Shown here: positions 1 to 6,778 of the stretch, piece after piece | Position numbering within the stretch: the stretch's first letter is position 1 | Layout of the letters: every line of letters starts with the position of its first letter | Assembly (NCBI GenBank): GCA_014380515.1 | Contig: JACMJS010000054.1 | Coordinates: 1 to 41,511 of the forward strand | Direction of reading: 5' to 3' | Length of the DNA: 41,511 nucleotides | From: Chlorobiales bacterium | GTDB taxonomy: Bacteria; Bacteroidota; Chlorobiia; Chlorobiales; JACMJS01 | Notes under the pieces: generated by a model | What the model was told of the DNA's origin: nothing | The model's database searches: none | The model's input: only the letters and a program-made list of their open reading frames with translations | Made by a program: the position numbers and the translations under genes

Positions 1-1206
1 AGCGGCGAACTTCTGCCCGCTTACCTCGCCTTCTTTGATTATATCCGCGACGACGCCGAGGACAACGTTCACTTCGCCCAGCAAGGCGAAGCTGTTTGGT
101 TCGAAATTCAACAAGGCTCGAAAACCTTGCGCGGCACGGCCTCCGCAACCGGCGTAACCGCCGAAGCCTCCGTCGCCAAGATGGAAAAACCGAGCGTAGC
201 AGTGATGCGCCGCGTGCTCGAAAATAATTTCCGGCTCAACTACACCCGCTACGCCCTTCGCCCCGATAACACGCTCTGCATCCGCTTCGATGCGGGCGCA
301 GGCGCAGGTCAGCCCTACAAACTTTATTACGCGCTGAAGGAAGCCGCCCTCAACGCCGATATGCAGGACGACTTGCTCGTGCAAGAGTTCACCGCCTTAA
401 AGCCCGTCGACACCACCGTCCTTGAAATGTTGCCCGATGACGAAAAAGAAGTGAAGTACCGCTTTTTCGTCAAATGGATCGAGGAGACGCTGAAGCGTAT
501 AGCGATGATGAACGCCGATAAGCAAGCGGGCGGCATCGCGTGGCAGCTGATGGCACTCGTCTACCGGCTCGATTACCTGCTCTCGCCGCAGGGCAAGACG
601 ATGAACGAGATCGAAAAAATTCATGGCTTCTACTACGCCAAAGACGGTAAAACTTTTCCCGAAAAAAATCTGCACATCCGCGCCATGCTGGAGAAGTTGC
701 TCGCCAAACCCAAGAGCAACGTCGTCGCTGATTTCTACCGCGTCAAAGCGACCTTCGCGGTTACACAGCCGTCGGGTCCGCAAGCTGTCGTTAATTCGAT
801 CACTGATGCGAACCGCGATATTCTTTGGTGGCGGGATAATGATAAAGAACACGGTATGACGATTGCCCTCGCCTCGCTGGAGCACGGGGCTACATATGCG
901 ACCTTCAACTACAGTTTGCCGCAACCCGTCGCCGAACTTTTCGAACTTCAGATGCGGGTTTTTCATGCGGACTTTTTCGGCGCGCTCGGCTTTATGGAAA
1001 ATTATTACGACGCGGATAAGAAAACTTTCAGCGAGGCTTCGATTCGAAACCGCATCGATACCATTGTTCAGAAAGGCCGCGAACGCTTTCCGCAACTTGT
1101 CTTTCGCCTCGATAACATCAAGTTCACTTCGCTTTTGGATTTCGGCTATTCATTCACCGAAGAGGTAAAATATCTCGCCGAAAATTTCAGCAAGCCGCAA
1201 TCCTAA
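1..1206 (+). CDS. hypothetical protein, 5'-partial (frame open to window edge). It has a YbjN/T3SS-chaperone-like region followed by about 250 aa of unknown function.
   Basis: Frame 1 has no stop from nt 1 to the TAA at 1204-1206, so the track's TTG start at 127 lies inside an already open frame. The pattern GEAVWFEI...VAVMRRVLENNFRLNYTRYALRPDNTLCIRF...LYYALKEAALNADMQDD resembles YbjN-like domains. I recognised no catalytic motif. Confidence 0.6.
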   Translation, partial: SGELLPAYLAFFDYIRDDAEDNVHFAQQGEAVWFEIQQGSKTLRGTASATGVTAEASVAKMEKPSVAVMRRVLENNFRLNYTRYALRPDNTLCIRFDAGAGAGQPYKLYYALKEAALNADMQDDLLVQEFTALKPVDTTVLEMLPDDEKEVKYRFFVKWIEETLKRIAMMNADKQAGGIAWQLMALVYRLDYLLSPQGKTMNEIEKIHGFYYAKDGKTFPEKNLHIRAMLEKLLAKPKSNVVADFYRVKATFAVTQPSGPQAVVNSITDANRDILWWRDNDKEHGMTIALASLEHGATYATFNYSLPQPVAELFELQMRVFHADFFGALGFMENYYDADKKTFSEASIRNRIDTIVQKGRERFPQLVFRLDNIKFTSLLDFGYSFTEEVKYLAENFSKPQS

Positions 1207-1221
1207 CGCGAACTTTGTCGG

Positions 1222-1261
1222 TGTCATTCTTCACTTCGCTTGTGCTGCGTTCAGAATGACA
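1222..1261. repeat. short palindromic intergenic element (GTCATT...AATGAC family)
   Basis: TGTCATTCT (1222-1230) is the exact reverse complement of AGAATGACA (1253-1261), with a 22-nt interior. Its termini match those of the elements at 9142-9266, 31420-31549 and 37693-37771. Confidence 0.5.
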
Positions 1262-2389
1262 AAAGAGATAAATACATCAAAAAAAATCGATCATTCATTT
1301 ATGAACACGCAAGACGTCATCAATTCTTTTCAGAACGTCGTCATTCAGATTGCGACGCCGACCGGCACGGGCACGGGCTTTTACCTGCGCGATCACGATT
1401 TGATCATCACCAACAACCATGTCGTTAAGGGCAGCAACGAAGTCGTCATCAGTGGCCGTGCGTTCAAGCGCACGATGTCGCCCGTGTGCTTCACCGACGT
1501 CAAGCACGACCTCGCGTTCATCAAACCGCCCTCGGGATTGGACATTCCGAAAGTGATGCTCGGCCAGACGGGCGTCCGCGACGGCGACGAAGTGATTGCC
1601 GTCGGCCACCCGTACGGCCTTGACTACACGGCGACGGTGGGCATCGTTTCCAAAGCCGCGCGCGTGCAGAACGGCGTGAACTACATTCAAATCGATGCGG
1701 CGATCAATCCTGGCAACAGCGGCGGGCCGCTTGTCAATCTCAGCGGCGAGATCGTTGGGGTGAACTCTTTCATTTACCAAAATGCCGACGGCTTGGGTTT
1801 TGCATTGCCCGTTTCGCCGCTGATCGACGATCTGAACGAATACAAAGCCCACGCCGGAAAATTTGCGACGCGCTGCGCGGCGTGCAGCACGCTCGTAACC
1901 GCCGAAACGATTGACGGCGAGTATTGCCCATCGTGCGGCGCGAAGGTCGAACTTGTATTACCGCCCGAACAGGATTACAAGCCCTCGGGCGCGGCGGCGA
2001 TGGTTGAAATGATTTTGAATACGCTGGGCAAAGACATCCGGCTCTCGCGGCGGGGGGCGAACAATTGGGAAGTGGAGGAAGGCAGCGCGAAGATTCGGAT
2101 CACGTACAACCAACAAAGTTATTTCATCACCGCCGATGCGCATTTGTGTCAATTGCCGAAAGCGAACATCGCGCCGATTTACGAATTCGTATTGCATGAA
2201 AATTATACGTCGCAGGGATTGCTCTTCAGCGTGAACGGACAAAACATCGTGCTCTCCGCGCTCATCTACGATGAATATCTCAATGAGCAAAGCGGCCTCG
2301 ATATGTTCCGCCGTCTTTTTACGAAAGCCGATGAATACGACAACATTCTCATCGAGAAATACGGTGCCCTGCCCCGCGCGGAAGGATAA
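1256..2389 (+). CDS. trypsin-like (S1C/HtrA-type fold) serine protease with no signal peptide and no PDZ domain. It is fused to a CxxC...CxxC zinc ribbon and a C-terminal YbjN-like module.
   Basis: The catalytic triad contexts are TNNHVV (His), KHDLAFIK (Asp) and INPGNSGGPLVN (Ser). The zinc ribbon is RCAACSTLV-(13)-CPSCGA. The C-terminal ~150 aa (NNWEVEEGSAKIRITYNQQSYFITADAHLCQLP...LLFSVNGQNIVLSALIYDEYL) has a YbjN/chaperone-like pattern. The N-terminus is hydrophilic. An alternative start is the Met at codon 16. Confidence 0.85.
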   Translation: MTKEINTSKKIDHSFMNTQDVINSFQNVVIQIATPTGTGTGFYLRDHDLIITNNHVVKGSNEVVISGRAFKRTMSPVCFTDVKHDLAFIKPPSGLDIPKVMLGQTGVRDGDEVIAVGHPYGLDYTATVGIVSKAARVQNGVNYIQIDAAINPGNSGGPLVNLSGEIVGVNSFIYQNADGLGFALPVSPLIDDLNEYKAHAGKFATRCAACSTLVTAETIDGEYCPSCGAKVELVLPPEQDYKPSGAAAMVEMILNTLGKDIRLSRRGANNWEVEEGSAKIRITYNQQSYFITADAHLCQLPKANIAPIYEFVLHENYTSQGLLFSVNGQNIVLSALIYDEYLNEQSGLDMFRRLFTKADEYDNILIEKYGALPRAEG

Positions 2390-2394
2390 CGCCC

Positions 2395-3477
2395 GTGCAA
2401 AAACTGATCGTCGATACCAAATACATCACGCTCTACCGCGACGCGCCGCTCGCGCTCGAATCGGGGGCGACGCTCTCGCCGGTTACGGTTGCCTACGAAA
2501 CCTACGGCACGCTCAACCATGACCGCAGCAATGCGATTCTGATTTGTCATGCCCTGACCGGCAGTTGCCATGCGGCATTCTACAATGATGCGTCGGAAAA
2601 ATATGCGGGCTGGTGGGACGGGCTTATCGGCAACGGAATTGAAAGCGGTAAGGCCTTCGATACTGAAAAATACTTCGTGCTTTGCTCCAGCGTGCTCGGC
2701 GGATGCTATGGCACGAGCGGCCCGACGAGCCTTGATCCCGACACCGAAAAAAAAACCGGTTTAAGTTTTCCGCGCGTCAGTATCCGCGATATGGTTGAAG
2801 TGCAGGCGCGATTAGCGACGGAACTCGGCATCGACCAGTTTCTCGCGGTTGCAGGCGGATCGATGGGCGGCTTTCAAGTATTGGAATGGGCGGCGATGTT
2901 TCCCTCGCGCGTGCGGAGCATCATTCCGGTATCGACCGGTTTGTCGCATTCCGCGTGGGCGATTGCGCACAGCCACGCACAGCGCGAGGCCATTATGTGC
3001 GATCCGCTGTGGCGACAAGGCGCGTATGAAGTTCAACCGCACGGCTTGAAAGTTGCGCGGCAGATGGCGATGATTTCTTATCGAAGTCCCGAATCGTTCA
3101 CCGAAAAGTTTTCACGCGCGTTGTCTGATGACGGCTCTCGGTTTCAAGTCGAAACTTACTTGACGTATCAAGGCGAGAAACTCTCGGCGCGTTTCGATGC
3201 GAATACTTACATCCGCCTCACCGAAGCGATGGACGGGCACGACCTCGCGCGCGGCAGAGGTTCGATGGCCGAAGCCTGTGAGCGCATCACGGCGAAAACG
3301 CTTTCCATCGGCACCGAGAGCGATAAACTTTACATCGCGGCGGAACAGAAAGAAATCGCGCGGCTCATTGCGAATGCCGAGTATTTGGACATTCCTTCGC
3401 AGTTCGGCCACGATGCGTTTCTGATCGAGTATGATTTTCTGAACCGGCACATTTCCGAATTTCTCCGCACGCTATAA
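2395..3477 (+). CDS. metX: homoserine O-acetyltransferase
   Basis: The N-terminus LESGATLSPVTVAYETYGTLN, the nucleophile elbow GGSMGG and the C-terminal GHDAFLIE are typical of MetX. It has a GTG start 5 nt after the protease stop. Confidence 0.9.
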   Translation: MQKLIVDTKYITLYRDAPLALESGATLSPVTVAYETYGTLNHDRSNAILICHALTGSCHAAFYNDASEKYAGWWDGLIGNGIESGKAFDTEKYFVLCSSVLGGCYGTSGPTSLDPDTEKKTGLSFPRVSIRDMVEVQARLATELGIDQFLAVAGGSMGGFQVLEWAAMFPSRVRSIIPVSTGLSHSAWAIAHSHAQREAIMCDPLWRQGAYEVQPHGLKVARQMAMISYRSPESFTEKFSRALSDDGSRFQVETYLTYQGEKLSARFDANTYIRLTEAMDGHDLARGRGSMAEACERITAKTLSIGTESDKLYIAAEQKEIARLIANAEYLDIPSQFGHDAFLIEYDFLNRHISEFLRTL

Positions 3478-3548
3478 AACTTTTGGAAGTCCCGCTTGGA
3501 AGTATGCGTGGCCTGCGATATTTTTGCAACCCTTACAAACGCATTGCC

Positions 3549-3622
3549 GGACAATTAGCTCAGTTGGTTAGAGCGTTCGCTTCACACGCGAAAGGTCGTA
3601 GGTTCGACTCCTACATTGTCCA
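3549..3622 (+). tRNA. tRNA-Val (anticodon CAC), CCA not encoded
   Basis: A hand-folded cloverleaf works: acceptor GGACAAT/ATTGTCC, D arm GCTC-AGTTGGTTA-GAGC, anticodon arm TTCGC-TTCACAC-GCGAA, variable AGGTC, T arm GTAGG-TTCGACT-CCTAC, discriminator A. Confidence 0.95.
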
Positions 3623-3634
3623 CACTGCAAATAG

Positions 3635-3669
3635 AAAAGCCCCGAATTGCTTCGGGGCTTTTTGCTTTT
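3635..3669. terminator. bidirectional intrinsic terminator between tRNA-Val (+) and ahcY (-)
   Basis: AAAAGCCCCGAA-TTGC-TTCGGGGCTTTT forms a perfect hairpin. It is flanked by an A-run on one side and a T-run on the other. Confidence 0.75.
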
Positions 3670-3685
3670 CGAGATTAGCTACACT

Positions 3686-5005
3686 TTAGTAACGATAGTA
3701 TTCCGGCTTGAACGGGCCGCTCTCACTGACGCCGATGTACTCCGCCTGATCGGTCGAGAGTTCATCCAACTGCGCGCCGACTTTGGCCAGATGCAACCGT
3801 GCAACTTTTTCATCCAAGTGTTTCGGCAGCGTATAGACTTTGTTCTCATACTTGCTGGCATTGTCCCACAGTTCCAACTGCGCGAGCACTTGGTTGGTGA
3901 ACGAGGCCGACATTACAAACGACGGGTGGCCGGTCGCACAACCGAGGTTTACCAAGCGGCCTTCGGCGAGCACGATGATGTCTTTGCCATCGATGTTATA
4001 CAAATCGACTTGCGGCTTGATCGTGTCTTTCGTCTGACCGAAAGTTTTGTTGAGCCACGCCATATCGATTTCAATATCGAAGTGGCCGATGTTGCACACG
4101 ATGGTTTTGTCTTTCATCGCGCGGAAATGTTTTTCCGTAATGATGTTTTTGTTGCCCGTCGCGGTTACAACAATATCGGCTTCCTTCACCGCATCGATCA
4201 TGCGCTTGACTTCGAAGCCTTCCATCGCGGCTTGCAAGGCGCAGATCGGATCGATTTCCGTAACGATCACGCGGACGCCGGAATCGCGCAGCGAATCCGC
4301 CGAGCCTTTGCCGACGTCGCCGAAGCCCGCTACGACAGCGACTTTGCCTGCCATCATCACATCCGTCGCGCGGCGAATCGCATCGACGAGCGATTCACGG
4401 CAACCATATTTGTTATCGAACTTCGATTTCGTAACCGAATCGTTCACGTTGATTGCGGGCATCGGCAGCGTGCCGTTCTTGACGCGCTCGTAAAGGCGGT
4501 GCACGCCCGTCGTCGTCTCTTCCGAAATGCCTTTGACGTTCGGAATGAGTTCGGGGTATTTATCAAGCACCATGTTGGTAAGGTCGCCGCCATCGTCCAA
4601 GATCATGTTGAGCGGTTGGCCATCGGGGAAGAACAGTGTTTGCTCGATGCACCAATCGGACTCTTCCGCCGTCTGGCCTTTCCACGCATAGACGGGAATG
4701 CCCGCCGCCGCAATCGCCGCCGCCGCGTGATCTTGCGTCGAGAAAATGTTACACGATGACCATTGAACTTCCGCGCCGAGTTCCTTCAGCGTTTCGATCA
4801 GTACGGCGGTTTGAATTGTCATATGCAAGCAGCCGGAGATGCGTGCGCCTTTGAACGGTTTCTTCGGGCCGAACTCCGAGCGAAGCTGCATCAGGCCAGG
4901 CATCTCGGCTTCGGCAAGGCGGATTTCTTTGCGTCCCCACTCGGCTTGCGAGAGGTCTTTAACTTTGTACGGAAGTTTTTTCGTTGGCTTCGGTGTCTCA
5001 ATCAT
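3686..5005 (-). CDS. ahcY: adenosylhomocysteinase (SAH hydrolase)
   Basis: Full-length match by eye: [23 protein letters not shown], the NAD site [16 protein letters not shown], and the C-terminal PFKPEYYRY. Confidence 0.97.
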   Translation of the reverse strand: MIETPKPTKKLPYKVKDLSQAEWGRKEIRLAEAEMPGLMQLRSEFGPKKPFKGARISGCLHMTIQTAVLIETLKELGAEVQWSSCNIFSTQDHAAAAIAAAGIPVYAWKGQTAEESDWCIEQTLFFPDGQPLNMILDDGGDLTNMVLDKYPELIPNVKGISEETTTGVHRLYERVKNGTLPMPAINVNDSVTKSKFDNKYGCRESLVDAIRRATDVMMAGKVAVVAGFGDVGKGSADSLRDSGVRVIVTEIDPICALQAAMEGFEVKRMIDAVKEADIVVTATGNKNIITEKHFRAMKDKTIVCNIGHFDIEIDMAWLNKTFGQTKDTIKPQVDLYNIDGKDIIVLAEGRLVNLGCATGHPSFVMSASFTNQVLAQLELWDNASKYENKVYTLPKHLDEKVARLHLAKVGAQLDELSTDQAEYIGVSESGPFKPEYYRY

Positions 5006-5052
5006 TTTTGATCGTGTTTAAGTTGCGTTAAGAAAAAAAAATCAGTTCATAT

Positions 5053-6255
5053 TTACTTGAAAGCGCGCATCAGTTCGTTCACCTTGTCCAGTTTTTCCCA
5101 CGGAAAAATGTCGCGCCCGAAATGGCCGTAGGCGGCGGTGTCGACATATTTCCAGCCTTTGGGTTTCGTGAGTCTAAACCGTTCGGTGATGGCGCGCGGA
5201 CGCATGTCAAAAATCCGTTTCACTTTCTCTTCAACTTCCGCGTCTGAAATTCCTTTGAAGCCCGTACCGTGCGTCTCGACGCGGATCGAGGTCGGTTGTG
5301 CGATGCCGATGGCGTAAGAAACTTGCACGGTGCACTTGTCGGCCAGCCCTGCGCCAACGACGTTCTTTGCGATATGCCGCGCGGCATATGCAGCGGAACG
5401 GTCGACCTTCGAGGGATCTTTGCCGCTGAACGCGCCGCCGCCGTGCGGGGCTGCGCCGCCGTAAGTATCGACGATGATCTTGCGTCCCGTCAGTCCCGTG
5501 TCGCCGTGCGGTCCGCCGATTTCAAAGCGTCCGGTCGGGTTGACGAAAAACTTCGTCTTGCCATCGAGCATTTTTTTCGGAATGACTTTATCGACGATGC
5601 ACGCCATGACGTCATCATTGATTTTTTTCTGCCACTGCGATTCTGAAACGCCTTTCGGTTCGGGATCGTGCTGCGTTGACACGACGATTGCATCGATGCG
5701 AATGATCTCGTTGCCGTCGTATTCGAGGGTGACTTGGCTTTTGGCGTCGGGGCGGAGGTAAGTCATTTCTTTGCCTTGCTTGCGGACGTCGGCAAGCCGC
5801 TTGACGAGTTGATGCGCGTAGGTAATCGCGGCGGGCATCAGTTCAGGCGTTTCCTTGCACGCATAGCCGAACATCATGCCCTGATCGCCTGCGCCTTGAT
5901 CCAAACTCGCTTTGCCGCGGGCTTTCTTTTTATCGACGCCGCGGTTGATGTCGGGCGACTGGGCATGAATCGCCGAGAGCACGCCGCACGATTTGGCTTC
6001 GAACATGTATTCGCCTTTCGTATAGCCGATGTCGGTGATGATCTTGCGGACGAGATCGGGCACTTCGATATAAGCTTCGGTCGTGATTTCGCCGCCGACG
6101 ACGACTTGTCCCGTCGTTACGAAACTTTCGCAGGCGACGCGCGATTCGGAATCTTGCTCCAAGATCGCATCGAGAATCGTATCGGAAATTTGATCGGCAA
6201 CTTTGTCGGGATGCCCTTCGGAAACGGACTCCGACGTGAAAAAGTGTTTCGACAT
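5053..6255 (-). CDS. metK: S-adenosylmethionine synthetase
   Basis: Motifs seen: [30 protein letters not shown] and [20 protein letters not shown] chose the ATG at 6255-6253 (MSKHFFTSE...). The 567-aa track ORF is an upstream read-through artefact. Confidence 0.95.
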   Translation of the reverse strand: MSKHFFTSESVSEGHPDKVADQISDTILDAILEQDSESRVACESFVTTGQVVVGGEITTEAYIEVPDLVRKIITDIGYTKGEYMFEAKSCGVLSAIHAQSPDINRGVDKKKARGKASLDQGAGDQGMMFGYACKETPELMPAAITYAHQLVKRLADVRKQGKEMTYLRPDAKSQVTLEYDGNEIIRIDAIVVSTQHDPEPKGVSESQWQKKINDDVMACIVDKVIPKKMLDGKTKFFVNPTGRFEIGGPHGDTGLTGRKIIVDTYGGAAPHGGGAFSGKDPSKVDRSAAYAARHIAKNVVGAGLADKCTVQVSYAIGIAQPTSIRVETHGTGFKGISDAEVEEKVKRIFDMRPRAITERFRLTKPKGWKYVDTAAYGHFGRDIFPWEKLDKVNELMRAFK

Positions 6256-6300
6256 GAAATAAATGGACTGAGTTGAAAAAATGTAACGAGAGAACCTGAT

Positions 6301-6341
6301 GAAAAGCAAAAAGCCTTTTCCGCATTGGCAGAAAAGGCTTT
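6301..6341 (-). terminator. intrinsic terminator inside the metK 5' leader (putative riboswitch expression platform)
   Basis: The minus-strand RNA AAAGCCUUUUC-UGCCAAUGCG-GAAAAGGCUUU is followed by UUGCUUUUC. It ends 45 nt before the metK AUG. Confidence 0.7.
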
Positions 6342-6380
6342 CGTGAAGTTTATATCGCACAACGGTTCGGATGCGCGAGG

Positions 6381-6456
6381 TATGGACACGAAAGCGTTTC
6401 CGCTTGGTCAGCCTTGAAACCGTTGGGGCTTCACTGCTGCTAACACCGTGTCCATA
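6381..6456 (-). promoter_or_regulatory. structured leader RNA, candidate SAM-responsive riboswitch aptamer (class unresolved)
   Basis: On the minus-strand RNA, UAUGGACACG (6456-6447) pairs perfectly with CGUGUCCAUA (6390-6381). Inside that helix I can draw GUUAGC/GCUGAC, GAAGCC-CCAAC-GGUUUC and AAGCG-GAAA-CGCUU. The element lies between a promoter candidate and a terminator, directly upstream of metK. Confidence 0.5.
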
Positions 6457-6484
6457 GATAATGGGGATGTCAGTAATTGCGGGG

Positions 6485-6514
6485 CAAATATACGGCGATG
6501 CGTTCGATTCCAAA
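6485..6514 (-). promoter_or_regulatory. candidate Bacteroidetes-type promoter for the metK leader
   Basis: The minus strand reads TTTG (6514-6511), an 18-nt spacer, then TATATTTG (6492-6485), which matches TAnnTTTG. It sits 28 nt upstream of the leader's closing helix. Confidence 0.3.
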
Positions 6515-6778
6515 ATTCGATTCCGAAAAAAATTTCGAAGCGTCCGCGCCATTCGCCCGCATGAAAATTTTTGTATCGCATGTGTTGCCGGTAAACATGG
6601 CTTTGATTTGCGTTTGCGACTGCCGCCTTTGTTCGCCGGATTTTTTGCATGAAGGTTACGGAGTCGCCTTGCGGCCATGCGGTTAAAGTTCAAGCCGCGA
6701 TCCGTTTTTTGAACGCCTTGGCTTTGCCTATCTTTTTCCATCAAACCGTAGCGCACTTTAATTTCTTAGGAGCATGAT

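Noticed and set aside
3647-4759. A 370-aa ORF antisense to ahcY. Similar long antisense ORFs lie opposite secA (19289-20134, 20435-21520), the PorU-like gene (for example 13407-14093 and 15960-16760), metK, the ABC genes and the carboxyltransferase.
   Set aside because: Each lies wholly opposite a gene with unmistakable conserved motifs. Their translations are Arg/Ala/His-rich shadow sequence, typical of stop-poor antisense frames in GC-rich coding DNA.
5006-5052. A possible SAH riboswitch or internal promoter between metK and ahcY
   Set aside because: At 47 nt it has no stable helix. An SAH element needs about 70-80 nt with a pseudoknot, and no TAnnTTTG or -10/-35-like motif is present.
6408-6686. 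Three 60-80-aa ORFs (6408-6650 minus; 6461-6652 and 6477-6686 plus) in the metK/cyclase intergenic region
   Set aside because: They overlap each other and the leader RNA/promoter region. They have a basic, Arg-rich, non-protein-like composition and no RBS.
5053-6756. A 567-aa ORF that extends metK about 167 codons upstream
   Set aside because: The conserved MetK N-terminus ([11 protein letters not shown]) begins 9 residues after the internal Met at 6255. The extension is Arg/Lys-rich low-complexity sequence that reads through a strong hairpin-plus-U-tract terminator and the structured leader.
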